A stretch of 64,000 nucleotides of DNA from a virus (Duplodnaviria; Caudoviricetes): IMG/VR virus record IMGVR_UViG_3300048851_000184, positions 1 through 64,000 of that record. One strand, written 5' to 3'. Below the pieces are notes generated by a model. It had not been told where the DNA came from and did no database searches. It saw only the letters and a program-made list of their open reading frames with translations. The position numbers and the translations under genes are program-made. Below are positions 27,980 through 36,652 of the stretch, in pieces (position 1 is the first letter of the stretch; the number at the start of each line of letters is the position of its first letter).

Positions 27980-28028
27980 TGCAATCGCACTGCAGAGGTC
28001 AGGGGTTCGATTCCCCTCAGCTCCACCA
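27980..28028 (+). other. attR candidate: duplicated 3' half of tRNA-Ala(CGC)
   Basis: Anticodon arm TGCA-ATCGCAC-TGCA, T arm AGGGG-TTCGATT-CCCCT, end CAGCTCCACCA; no 5' acceptor strand or D arm. Confidence 0.8.
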
Positions 28029-28113
28029 CCCCTTCGCCGCCGACGGACCGGCGCTGCGCCCCAAAGATCTCCCGACGTCGACTGCGGTACCTGATCGCGT
28101 TTGTTCGCGTCCC

Positions 28114-28494
28114 TCAGTGGCGGTGCTCGGGGCGGAGGCGGTAGCGGCCGTCGGCAAAGGCGTCGAACAAGCCGATGATCGCGGGATGCTCCACCGGCTC
28201 CTCGCTCTCGTCGACCACCAGGTTCTGCTGGCTGACATAGGCGACGTAGCTCGACTCCGCATTTTCGGCGAGCAGGTGGTAGAAAGGCTGGTCCTTGCGC
28301 GGACGCACCTCGGCCGGGATCGCCTCGTACCATTCGTCGCTGTTGGCGAAGACCGGGTCGACGTCGAAGACTACCCCGCGAAAGTCGAACAGGCGGTGGC
28401 GCACCACGTCGCCGATGGAGAAACGGGCGTGCGCGACCGGCGGCATCGCCAGCGGTGCCTCGTGCAGATTCCGGGGTTCGGACATTTCAATCAT
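28114..28494 (-). CDS. hspQ: Heat shock protein HspQ (YccV-like)
   Basis: ARFSIGDVVRHRLFDFRGVVFDVDPVF, PRKDQPFYHLLAEN, YVAYVSQQNL motifs. Confidence 0.92.
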   Translation of the reverse strand: MIEMSEPRNLHEAPLAMPPVAHARFSIGDVVRHRLFDFRGVVFDVDPVFANSDEWYEAIPAEVRPRKDQPFYHLLAENAESSYVAYVSQQNLVVDESEEPVEHPAIIGLFDAFADGRYRLRPEHRH

Positions 28495-28625
28495 GGGTAA
28501 TATCTAGTCTCGCTGCGAAAAGGCACAAGCAGGCGCTTGCGCTGTCCGGAACTTTGGCCTAACGGCGACCGCTCGCTGACCGGCGTGCCGTTTCCTTCCC
28601 GGAAACCGAGCATGCCAACCTCTGC

Positions 28626-28715
28626 GGAGAGGTGCCGGAGTGGTCGATCGGGGCGGTCTCGAAAACCGTTGAGCCCGCAAGGGTTCCGAGGGTTCGAATC
28701 CCTCCCTCTCCGCCA
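28626..28715 (+). tRNA. tRNA-Ser(CGA)
   Basis: GGAGAGG/CCTCTCC acceptor, anticodon loop CTCGAAA, long variable arm, TTCGAAT, CCA end. Confidence 0.95.
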
Positions 28716-28804
28716 ATACCGTATCCGCACGCGTGCGCAGCGGTTCACTCCCCCTTGAAACTCAGCGATTTCCCGGCTTGATGAGTGCCGGGATTGTTCG
28801 CAGC

Positions 28805-28871
28805 CGTTCACCCGCGTTCACCGCCCCACGCGGTATTGCGCACGGTATCGGATCGCGGGCGTACGGTATCG
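28805..28871 (+). repeat. Candidate integrase arm-type repeats (CGTTCACC x2; CGGTAT x3)
   Basis: CGTTCACC at 28805 and 28815; ACGGTATCG at 28842 and 28863, CGGTAT at 28831. Confidence 0.5.
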
Positions 28872-28889
28872 AGCCGGAGAAGGTGCACC

Positions 28890-30452
28890 ATGCTGACCGA
28901 CGCGAAGGCGAAAGCCGCCAAGCCTCGCGACAAGGCGTACAAGCTCGCCGATGCCGAGCAGCTCTACCTGCACGTCTCCACGTCGGGCAGCCGGCTCTGG
29001 CGGATGGACTATAAGCACGGCGGCAAACGCAAGACGCTGTCGTTCGGCGCCTACCCCACGGTCACCCTGTCGGACGCGCGCCGAAAGCGCGACGAGGCGA
29101 AGGCGCTGATCCGCGATGGCTTCGACCCCGCCGTCGAGCGTCGGCTCACCGCCAAGGCGCAGGAGGCCGATCACGAGGCGACCTTCGAGCGGATCGCCCG
29201 GCGCTGGTGGGAGCGAAACAAGCCCCGCTGGTCGGCGCGGCATTCGGACGACGTGATCCAGTCGCTGGAGCGCGACGTCTTCCCGGAGATCGGCGGCCTG
29301 CCGATCGCGCGGTTGCGCGCGCCTCGGATCCTCGACCTCCTCCACCAGATCGAACGCCGCGGCTCCGTCGAGACCGCCAAGCGCATCCGCCAGCGGATCT
29401 CCGGCGTGTTCGGCTCCGCAATCGCTATGGGCATTGCGGACAGCGACCCGACCGCCAGCCTCAAGAACGAACTCCAGCCGGTCACGCGGCGCAGCAAGCA
29501 GCCGGCGATCACGGACCTCGACGGCGTGCGCCGCGTGCTCACCGACGCCGAGGCAACGCCCTCGCATATCATCACGAAGCTCGCGCTGCGCATGCTGGCG
29601 CTGACGGCCGTTCGCCCGGGCGAGCTGCGCGGCGCACGCTGGGAGGAGATCGACGGCGTCGACTGGACCCGGCAGCTGTACGGGCCCTATCTCGCGACCT
29701 GGACCGTTCCTGCCGCCCGCATGAAGGGCACCCTGGCGCGCAAGGAGGAGACCGGCGGCGACCATGTCGTGCCGCTGTCGATGGAAGCGATCGACGTGCT
29801 GCTGGCGATGCGGGACATCACCGGACGGCTGCCGATGATCTTCCCGAACCAGCGCAGCTCTCACCAGCCGATGAGCGAGAACGCTATCGGGTACCTGCTG
29901 AACCGCGCCGGCTATCACGGCCGGCACGTCCCGCACGGCTGGCGCGCGGCGTTCTCCACCATCATGAACGAGCGGGCCAGCCGGGAGGGCAGGGCAGGCG
30001 ATCGCGCCGTCGTCGACCTGATGCTGGCGCACGTGCCCAAGGATAAGGTCGAGAGCGCGTATAACCGCGCCGCCTTCATGCCGCGCCGGCGAGCGATCGC
30101 GCAGGAATGGGCGACGCTGCTGATGGAGGGGAAGCCGAACTCCGCAGCGCTGGTCGACCGGCCGTACCGGGATCCGGTGGTGGGGGAGTGGAGCGCCACC
30201 CGTCGCGAGTTCATGGACTGGGTGATCGGGCGAGCCCTGCCGCTGTTGCCGGACCATCCGGCCGAGGCCGTCGAGGCGTTCCTCGCCGACACCGAGAAGT
30301 ACCAATGCGGCCGGCAGACGCTGTTCGGGCCGGGACGGCAGGCTGCGCTTCGGGATGCTCTACGCGGCGCCCTGGCGGCTGGACGCACCGACGACGTCGA
30401 GCGGATCATCCGAACAGCGCCGGACCTTGCCGTGGATCCTGCGGCCGCCTGA
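28890..30452 (+). CDS. int: Tyrosine integrase, P4-like, with C-terminal extension
   Basis: MLTDAKAKAAKP arm domain; AVRPGELR, HVVPLS, HGWR, LAH, YNRA catalytic motifs. Confidence 0.95.
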   Translation: MLTDAKAKAAKPRDKAYKLADAEQLYLHVSTSGSRLWRMDYKHGGKRKTLSFGAYPTVTLSDARRKRDEAKALIRDGFDPAVERRLTAKAQEADHEATFERIARRWWERNKPRWSARHSDDVIQSLERDVFPEIGGLPIARLRAPRILDLLHQIERRGSVETAKRIRQRISGVFGSAIAMGIADSDPTASLKNELQPVTRRSKQPAITDLDGVRRVLTDAEATPSHIITKLALRMLALTAVRPGELRGARWEEIDGVDWTRQLYGPYLATWTVPAARMKGTLARKEETGGDHVVPLSMEAIDVLLAMRDITGRLPMIFPNQRSSHQPMSENAIGYLLNRAGYHGRHVPHGWRAAFSTIMNERASREGRAGDRAVVDLMLAHVPKDKVESAYNRAAFMPRRRAIAQEWATLLMEGKPNSAALVDRPYRDPVVGEWSATRREFMDWVIGRALPLLPDHPAEAVEAFLADTEKYQCGRQTLFGPGRQAALRDALRGALAAGRTDDVERIIRTAPDLAVDPAAA

Positions 30453-30479
30453 CGGCTGGATCATCACCAGGAGACGAAG

Positions 30480-30508
30480 AGGGCTGGCCGCGAGGCTGGC
30501 CCTTTTTT
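30480..30508 (+). terminator. Rho-independent terminator after int
   Basis: AGGGCTGGCC-GCGA-GGCTGGCCCT stem then T run. Confidence 0.75.
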
Positions 30509-30536
30509 GTTTCTCAGGCTGGCGCCTCGGCGGGCA

Positions 30537-30908
30537 TCACATGCCCGGGACGAGAGGCGGTACGCGGGTGAGCTCGCCCGCTTCCAGGAACTCCATCAGC
30601 GCGTCCCACTTCGCCCGGCGTGCGGCCTCGACCGCAGCGTCCGCCGTTCTCTCGACGGCGCGCAGCCGCTCGAGCAGCTGATCCGCATCCACCTCTGGCG
30701 GAATCGCCCCTGCTATGTCCCGGTAGGGCAGGGCACCGTGGCAGCGGATACCGACGGTGGTGTCGGCCAGCGCGGTGATGTCGCTGACGATCCACCCGCC
30801 GCCGCACCGGGCAAGCACTCGCTCCCCGACCTCAAACCCGCGGTTGTTCAACCGCAACTTACCACCGGGCCGCGTCTCGCCCGTGCTGGGTGTCAGGATG
30901 TCAACCAT
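30537..30908 (-). CDS. Hypothetical protein
   Basis: GGGAGGGG RBS; overlaps upstream gene end. Confidence 0.55.
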   Translation of the reverse strand: MVDILTPSTGETRPGGKLRLNNRGFEVGERVLARCGGGWIVSDITALADTTVGIRCHGALPYRDIAGAIPPEVDADQLLERLRAVERTADAAVEAARRAKWDALMEFLEAGELTRVPPLVPGM

Positions 30909-32094
30909 AGTCGCGCCCCTCCCGTGCCGGCTGGAGGGCGGCGAAAGCGGCAGAGTTGGCCGCTTCCCATCCTTTCGGCCACGCTGCGTTGAAGGCGGTT
31001 TCGCAACGCCGCCACACATCGGCTGCGGCGTAGCCCTTGCCGTCAGTCAGGTGCTCGCCCGCAAACTCGTCCCAAGCGTCGATGCGTGCCTGATCGTCCT
31101 CCCGCTCCGTCCGCCCCGCCTGTTGCGAGGCGCGCGGCATCGCGGCGGTGTAAGCGGCGATCGCCAGCGCTATGCCTTCGTCTCGGCCGTGGTCATATGC
31201 GGTGCAGTCGGGGCCACTGCAAAACTGGTCGCGCTTGAGGCGTTCCATTGCGGCCAACCCATCATCGCTGGCGCGCGGCATCGCGGCGAGGGCTGCAAGG
31301 ATGCGCCGGAAATCGTGCCGGGTCATACCTGCCTTGGCGAGTTGGAAGCCCTTCGCGTCGGGATGCTCGACCGCGTGGCGAACACGCTCGACAAGTTCGG
31401 GGTCCACCCGCTCCACGTCCTCCGCGTCGGCGCGCTGCGGGGTGGGGGCTGCGGCGAGGACTTCTCGCGCAATGGCTGCCATCTTGAGGCCGCCTCCGGT
31501 TCCTCCGCCCGTGCCGGCCGGCGTGTCCTCGGCGATGATTCGAAGCAATGCCCCCCGCATCCTCTCCGCATCCCCGCCTGCGGGGGCCTGTGGGGCGGCG
31601 GCGAGGGCTTGCGGGGGCGCGGGATTGAAGTCGGTATTTTGTTTTAGCGACCGTATATCGCTTGGGGCCGCACCGCACTCAGGATCGGAAAAGGCTGTAT
31701 TATATCGCTCTACGATTTGCGCTGCCGCCTCGAAAGCATCATTCCGCCAATACTGGATTTCTGCACGCCGGTTATGTGCCGCAAGTTTATAAAGATGCCG
31801 CGTGTCGCAACCCGAAACGTATTGTTGGGCACCTTCGCAATGATCGCAATCGTACAGCAAAGACTCCTTGTCGAACTCCCCCACACCCTGCGCCTCTGCG
31901 GGCTGGGTGGCGCGGTCATTCCATGCGGCGACCGGCATTGCGACCGTCGGATGGTGCCCCTCGTGCTTGCCAGAGCAGCGGACAACGCCTGCTATGTTCT
32001 TCCAAGGCTCGCCGCCACAGAACGGGCAGGGCTTCAGCACCTCCACCGCGCTTTCGGGTTGTTCGGAGGTCATCGTGCCGGGTCCTTGGGTCAC
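30901..32094 (-). CDS. Mosaic protein with N-terminal Lar-like (restriction alleviation) zinc domain
   Basis: LKPCPFCGG...WNDR motif; downstream modules unassigned. Confidence 0.6.
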   Translation of the reverse strand: MTQGPGTMTSEQPESAVEVLKPCPFCGGEPWKNIAGVVRCSGKHEGHHPTVAMPVAAWNDRATQPAEAQGVGEFDKESLLYDCDHCEGAQQYVSGCDTRHLYKLAAHNRRAEIQYWRNDAFEAAAQIVERYNTAFSDPECGAAPSDIRSLKQNTDFNPAPPQALAAAPQAPAGGDAERMRGALLRIIAEDTPAGTGGGTGGGLKMAAIAREVLAAAPTPQRADAEDVERVDPELVERVRHAVEHPDAKGFQLAKAGMTRHDFRRILAALAAMPRASDDGLAAMERLKRDQFCSGPDCTAYDHGRDEGIALAIAAYTAAMPRASQQAGRTEREDDQARIDAWDEFAGEHLTDGKGYAAADVWRRCETAFNAAWPKGWEAANSAAFAALQPAREGRDYG

Positions 32095-32279
32095 GAGATC
32101 TTCTCCCTATGTGCAGTTGCCTCGGCGCAGTCGTAGTGCGCGTACAGCCCAGCCCAGGGCAGCAGCGGCCACCACAAGCAGTCGAAACGGGCCGGCAGCA
32201 GGATCACCAGCCTGTAGGCGACCCAGCCCCGGAAGCGGCGAAGGCTCAAGCGCCACGCGATCTTCTCGACCTCGCTCAT
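32091..32279 (-). CDS. Small hypothetical protein
   Basis: 4-nt overlaps with neighbours. Confidence 0.5.
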   Translation of the reverse strand: MSEVEKIAWRLSLRRFRGWVAYRLVILLPARFDCLWWPLLPWAGLYAHYDCAEATAHREKIS

Positions 32280-32785
32280 TGCGGGCGCTCCGGCAGAGCG
32301 GCGCGGGCGGCAGTGATTGCGGCAAGCGGAGTTTCGCCACGTCCAATCACGTCCCACTCGCGATCATTGATCGACCCGCTTTCCTTGGTGACACGCCACT
32401 CCTGGGACTGGTCATCATCATCGCCGTAGACCGGGGAGTAGAAGTCCAGCGACAGCCGGTGTTGCGTGCCGAACCATTCCAGCGCGGCGGTCGCCTCGGC
32501 TGCGTCGAGGAGCGCGGGGAGGGCGTTGACGGCGGCGGTGATTAGGGCGGCGTTTGGCTCGTAGGGGTCGGCACCAGCTCGCCGGTGAGCGTCCGCATCA
32601 AAATCATGCTGATGACCGGGCCGAGCGACGGCAACCAGCGGCTTGAGCGGTCCGATAGTAGAGCTTTGCTCCGGCCCGCGCACGAACCCCCAGTCATCGC
32701 CCTCATATGGACGATATTCCCAAGGCCCCGGCGTCGCCCTCTCCCGCAGAGCCCGCAGCCCCGCCACGTCGATCTTGTCGGTCAT
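32276..32785 (-). CDS. Ead/Ea22-like protein
   Basis: LRALRERATPGPW and NAALITAAVNALPALLD motifs. Confidence 0.65.
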   Translation of the reverse strand: MTDKIDVAGLRALRERATPGPWEYRPYEGDDWGFVRGPEQSSTIGPLKPLVAVARPGHQHDFDADAHRRAGADPYEPNAALITAAVNALPALLDAAEATAALEWFGTQHRLSLDFYSPVYGDDDDQSQEWRVTKESGSINDREWDVIGRGETPLAAITAARAALPERPQ

Positions 32786-32787
32786 GC

Positions 32788-33027
32788 TCAAGATCCCATG
32801 CAGTCGGGGCAGTAAGCCCCGTAGGTGATGTGCCAGGGGCCAGTGCCGCACTCGGGGCACTTGAAGTATTCTTGGGGATGCGTCTCAGCGTCGCGGCGGA
32901 CGTCCTCAATTGGGCTGTCTTCGCTGCAGACGGCCGCAACGGTCTTGACGCCGATTGCCAGATCCCTCCGCAAAGACGATCGGACCAGTCGGGCTGAAGC
33001 GCTCGTATCTGACCAATGGTAGGTCAT
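32788..33027 (-). CDS. Small zinc-finger protein
   Basis: CPEC...CPDC. Confidence 0.55.
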   Translation of the reverse strand: MTYHWSDTSASARLVRSSLRRDLAIGVKTVAAVCSEDSPIEDVRRDAETHPQEYFKCPECGTGPWHITYGAYCPDCMGS

Positions 33028-33380
33028 GCGGTGGCTCCTGCGACTGAGGTGTTTCGAGCAACCGCCACCATGAAGGCTTCAGCCTCTTCCTCGCTCCAGT
33101 CCAAGGGCGGCAGGCTGTCGATCTCGTCCCATGCAGCTTGAACAACTCTAGCTTGAGAGATGCCTTCCGGTTGAGCATGGGCAATCTTGCCGGCCAACCA
33201 CAGCGAAACGTCTTCGTGGAAGCAGTTGTCCGTGGTTTCGTCAGCCAGCAGGCGGTGCAAGCCCTCGACGAGCGTCATTGCATCGATGCCATCAAGCTCG
33301 AGACCTTCTCCCGCCGCTGTGTCGAGGAAGTTTGCAGCCGCTTGAATGAGGCCGCGCGTCTCTGCGTCAAACCGATCCAT
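33024..33380 (-). CDS. Hypothetical protein
   Basis: GGAGGGAAG RBS; packed in operon. Confidence 0.5.
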   Translation of the reverse strand: MDRFDAETRGLIQAAANFLDTAAGEGLELDGIDAMTLVEGLHRLLADETTDNCFHEDVSLWLAGKIAHAQPEGISQARVVQAAWDEIDSLPPLDWSEEEAEAFMVAVARNTSVAGATA

Positions 33381-33529
33381 CACTTCCCTCCCTGAAACCG
33401 GGCTTTCGCGTCGGCGATCTGAGCGTCGAGGAGCGGGGTCATTGCGGACGTCCTTTGCGAAAATGGATGATCGCCACTCCCCGCCACGGCGGCGTCGAAG
33501 TTCGTGCTTTCGGGTATGATCTCGATCAT
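33380..33529 (-). CDS. Small hypothetical protein
   Basis: ATGA-type overlaps both sides. Confidence 0.4.
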   Translation of the reverse strand: MIEIIPESTNFDAAVAGSGDHPFSQRTSAMTPLLDAQIADAKARFQGGK

Positions 33530-33708
33530 GCGGCTGGCCCGTTCGGCTGGTGCTCGCGGATGGCGCGGCAGATGCAGGATGCGGCGAACAGGATGGTGGC
33601 GAGCAGCAGCTTCCACCGGGTGCCCTCAACGTCGCTGGCCCAGCCCGATTCTACGGCGCCCGCGAGGAAGCCGACGGAGACGGGCCCCAACAGATCTTCG
33701 CGCTTCAT
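33526..33708 (-). CDS. Small membrane protein
   Basis: Two hydrophobic segments, 4-nt overlaps. Confidence 0.45.
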   Translation of the reverse strand: MKREDLLGPVSVGFLAGAVESGWASDVEGTRWKLLLATILFAASCICRAIREHQPNGPAA

Positions 33709-34352
33709 GCGCCCACCGCCCGGCGCGCATCCTCGCGCGCCTGGTTGAGTTCTGCCATCGTCTCTGCGGATCCGGTGGGCTTGTCCGGGTGCCGCGTCTG
33801 CGCCAGGCGGCGATACGCCTGCTCAACGTCGGCGGACGTCACCTGCTCCCCGCGCCCGAACCCCAGCACCTCTCGCCAGCTGCGCGCGGGTGCGCCGCCC
33901 GGCGCGGGAAGGGCGGTATAGCCCGCGAACGCCTGGCGCAGATCGCCCACGCCCCAGCGCTCCTGCCCGCGCAGCGCCTCGACGTGCGCCGCGATCGCCG
34001 CAATGTTGTCCTGCACGGTGCTCCACCGATCACAGGCGAGGACGTGCGGCTTCCCGTCGAGCTCGAAATAGAACGCGACGCCCGGGTCGGCTGGATCGCG
34101 TCTGCTGACGCTCTGGTCCCGCGCTCCTGACGCGGTGAAGCGTATGTTGGTCGACAGCACCTGGTTCAGCACCCGCCATGGCTTGCCGGCCTTGGTCATA
34201 GCGCGGATCTGCTCGCCCAGACGCCGCCGGGCGATCGTGAGGGTGAGCGGGCGCCCTTCGTGCCGGAAGGCCGCGTGCCGGTACTCCTGCGACCGCTGGC
34301 GGCTGGTGGGCCACCGCAGCGGGTACCCCATCTGGATTTCCGGATCGCTCAT
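33705..34352 (-). CDS. Phage J-domain (DnaJ-like) protein
   Basis: YPLRWP N-terminus; C-terminal WREVLG...AYRRLAQTRHPDK...MAELNQA J domain. Confidence 0.8.
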   Translation of the reverse strand: MSDPEIQMGYPLRWPTSRQRSQEYRHAAFRHEGRPLTLTIARRRLGEQIRAMTKAGKPWRVLNQVLSTNIRFTASGARDQSVSRRDPADPGVAFYFELDGKPHVLACDRWSTVQDNIAAIAAHVEALRGQERWGVGDLRQAFAGYTALPAPGGAPARSWREVLGFGRGEQVTSADVEQAYRRLAQTRHPDKPTGSAETMAELNQAREDARRAVGA

Positions 34353-34822
34353 GCTTCACCGCACCCGCGGCCGACCAGCTCCCCGTTCGCGCCACCGGTG
34401 AAGTCGCGCCAGTGGACCCAGCCCTTCGGGCAGAGGAAGCCCCACTCGCGCAGCTTGGGCCCGGTCATGAACAGCGAGACGGCCCGCTCGCCCGGCAGGA
34501 TCTCCAACCGGTGCGCGGCCTCGGCATCACGACTGCCGATCCACCCGGCCTCCCGCTGAAACGTGCCGTCCGGCGTGTGCTCGATGTACCGGCCGTCGAG
34601 CAGCATCGACGTGTTCGCCCACGGGTGATCGTGCAGCGCGCGGTCGTCGTCGCTGCGCAGGATCTCGTGGAGGTAGACGTTGCAGCCGGCGTTCCGCGGG
34701 ACGATCCACCAGCGGCGCAGGTAAGGGTTGTCCGGGGGACCGATCACGAAGTCTGGGGCCAAGCTCGCGATCGTGGTGGTTGCCCACGCGCGCATTTCCT
34801 CGACGGTGGCGTACTGGATCAT
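34349..34822 (-). CDS. Cupin-fold phage protein
   Basis: YLRRWW, YLHEILRSDDDRALHDHPW, HR, EWGF motifs. Confidence 0.7.
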   Translation of the reverse strand: MIQYATVEEMRAWATTTIASLAPDFVIGPPDNPYLRRWWIVPRNAGCNVYLHEILRSDDDRALHDHPWANTSMLLDGRYIEHTPDGTFQREAGWIGSRDAEAAHRLEILPGERAVSLFMTGPKLREWGFLCPKGWVHWRDFTGGANGELVGRGCGEA

Positions 34823-34824
34823 GC

Positions 34825-34989
34825 TCACTGCACCCTTCCTTCCTGCCAGCACTGCTCGCGCACCTCGAAGGGCGGGCGGTGCGACTTCTCGACCATGACG
34901 AAGCCCGCGCGGGTCGCGGCCTGGCGCGATCGGCGGACGGTGAGGCGGTGGCCGGGAGCCACCTGGATCTCGCGGTACTGGGCAGGCAT
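34825..34989 (-). CDS. Small hypothetical protein
   Basis: TGATG coupling to upstream gene. Confidence 0.4.
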   Translation of the reverse strand: MPAQYREIQVAPGHRLTVRRSRQAATRAGFVMVEKSHRPPFEVREQCWQEGRVQ

Positions 34990-35657
34990 CAGTAATCGCC
35001 AACCGAGGTGACCACGGCGTCCTCGTCGAGGATGATGGTCGTCCCGCACGCGAAGTAGGCGCGGATCCTCTGCTCCAGACCGTAGCTGCTGCCGAAGTGC
35101 CGGGACGACTTGATGTCGTGCTCCCGCAGCGTGGCGCTCGAAATCTTGCCGTCGCTGCCGATCAGGAGGCGGAAGTCGCACCGGTGCTTGTCGCCGGCTT
35201 CGTGAACCTCCTCCTGGTCCAGGTAGACCCACGTCGAGCCATAATCGTTGTGTTCGACGATGACGGTGATGACGTCGCCATAACCCTCGCCCTCATGCCG
35301 CTTGCACATCTCGGCCGCGATCTCGGAGAGCTTCACCTCCTTGGGCGCGAGTTTGAGTAGCTCGTCGAGATCCTCGGCAAGGCGGCCGGCAATGAGGGGC
35401 GCGACCTTCGCCTCGATCTGCGCCTTCACCATCCCCGCGACGAGGTTGCCGTAGGCGGGCAGATCAAGGCGATCAACGCGCAGGGCGTCCTCGACGGCCT
35501 TCTCGATCAGCTTGCCCGTTTCGCTGTAGGTTCGGAGCGCGCGGTCGATACTCTCGACGATCAGCTTCTCGACGCGGGTGTTGACCTCCTTCTCGATGAA
35601 GTCGGGTGTCATCTTCGCAGCGACGGCGCTGCTGATCAGGCCGGACAGGTCAGTCAT
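34989..35657 (-). CDS. Hypothetical phage protein (222 aa)
   Basis: AGGAG RBS, strong codon bias. Confidence 0.7.
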   Translation of the reverse strand: MTDLSGLISSAVAAKMTPDFIEKEVNTRVEKLIVESIDRALRTYSETGKLIEKAVEDALRVDRLDLPAYGNLVAGMVKAQIEAKVAPLIAGRLAEDLDELLKLAPKEVKLSEIAAEMCKRHEGEGYGDVITVIVEHNDYGSTWVYLDQEEVHEAGDKHRCDFRLLIGSDGKISSATLREHDIKSSRHFGSSYGLEQRIRAYFACGTTIILDEDAVVTSVGDY

Positions 35658-35703
35658 GGGGTAGGCTCCTCGTGTGCCGCTAATCCGGCTCGTCTGGTGG
35701 TGT

Positions 35704-35889
35704 TCAGGGGTGCGGCGTTCGGCCGTCCCGGCAGAAGGCGCAGCGGCCGCGCACCAGCCGCGGGCGGTCGTATCCGCACTCGTCGCACTCGCCCGGCTTG
35801 CCGGCTGGTATCGGCGCCCGCGCGGCGGCGATGCTGCGCGCGAGGTGCTCGTCCTGGATCAGCTGCGCGTCGTCGATCACGTCAGCCAT
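35704..35889 (-). CDS. TraR/DksA C4-type zinc-finger protein
   Basis: MADVIDDAQ...HLARSIAAAR...CDECG...R...RCAFCRD. Confidence 0.75.
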   Translation of the reverse strand: MADVIDDAQLIQDEHLARSIAAARAPIPAGKPGECDECGYDRPRLVRGRCAFCRDGRTPHP

Positions 35890-36109
35890 GCTGCGCGCCC
35901 TCGATGCGGTTCTCGCTGACCTTCTCGAGCCAGCGGTTGACCTCGCTCTCCTTCCAGCGCGTCGAGACGCCGCCGGGCTTGAGCGCCGCGGGGAAGCTCC
36001 CCTCGCGCATCTTGCGGTAGATCATCGTCTTGCCCAGGCCGACCATGGCCGTCACCTCAGGGAGGCGCAGCAGGCGGTCGGGCAGATCGAAATGGGCAGG
36101 CGCGTTCAT
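35882..36109 (-). CDS. AlpA-family regulator/excisionase
   Basis: RLLRLPEVTAMVGLGKTMIYRKMREGSFP...RWKESEV. Confidence 0.88.
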   Translation of the reverse strand: MNAPAHFDLPDRLLRLPEVTAMVGLGKTMIYRKMREGSFPAALKPGGVSTRWKESEVNRWLEKVSENRIEGAQHG

Positions 36110-36124
36110 TGCGGCCGAAGCTCC

Positions 36125-36325
36125 TTAGCGGTGTGGACTGGCGCGGCGCGGCCGCGCGGGGATCAGGCGGGCCGCGTAGGGCCAGCCGAAGAACAGGACG
36201 CCGGCCGCGAACACGGCGAACGATCGCCAGTCGCTGGCACCGGCTGCGCCGGCAGCGCCGAAGATCATGCAGGCGAGGAACAGCGGCAGCCAGGCGGACG
36301 GCTTGGCAGGGGCGGGGCGGCTCAT
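36125..36325 (-). CDS. Small two-TM membrane protein
   Basis: Two hydrophobic segments. Confidence 0.5.
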   Translation of the reverse strand: MSRPAPAKPSAWLPLFLACMIFGAAGAAGASDWRSFAVFAAGVLFFGWPYAARLIPARPRRASPHR

Positions 36326-36450
36326 AGGTGGGCTCCCAGCGTGCGGGCGATGGTCAGGGCGGCGGCGATGATGGCAGCCGCGATCGGCAGCGCCTTCTCA
36401 ATCAGCCAGCGGTCGCGGTCGGCGTCGACCGGGTGGATCGGATCAGCCAT
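36322..36450 (-). CDS. Membrane microprotein (MADPIHPVDADRDRWL...)
   Basis: GGGAGAG RBS; paralog of next gene. Confidence 0.55.
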   Translation of the reverse strand: MADPIHPVDADRDRWLIEKALPIAAAIIAAALTIARTLGAHL

Positions 36451-36652
36451 GGAAGCTCTCCCAGAGCAGCACGATCGCGATCCCGACGGCGACGATCTCC
36501 AGCCCGAACCATGCGATAGTGACCCGCCACACCAGCGAGCAGATCCGACGCTCGCGAGGCGTAAGCTCGGGTTCGGGCGCCTCAACCTCCCGCTGCACTC
36601 GCATCAGCCAGCAGTCGCGGTCGACGTCGACGGGGTGGAGCGGATCAGCCAC
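36443..36652 (-). CDS. Membrane microprotein (VADPLHPVDVDRDCWL...)
   Basis: GGGAGAG RBS, GTG start, C-terminal TM. Confidence 0.55.
   Translation of the reverse strand: MADPLHPVDVDRDCWLMRVQREVEAPEPELTPRERRICSLVWRVTIAWFGLEIVAVGIAIVLLWESFHG

Larger units (their letters stand above)
1..28028 (+). mobile_element. Prophage 1, right part (cos, head, tail, lysis, accessory genes to attR); left end outside window
   Basis: Contiguous lambda-like morphogenesis order terS-terL-gpW-portal-capsid-tail-lysis ending at a duplicated tRNA 3' half. Confidence 0.93.

Noticed and set aside
27953-28028. Complete tRNA-Ala gene
   Set aside because: Only anticodon arm, T arm and 3' acceptor strand present; no complementary 5' strand or D arm, so treated as att core
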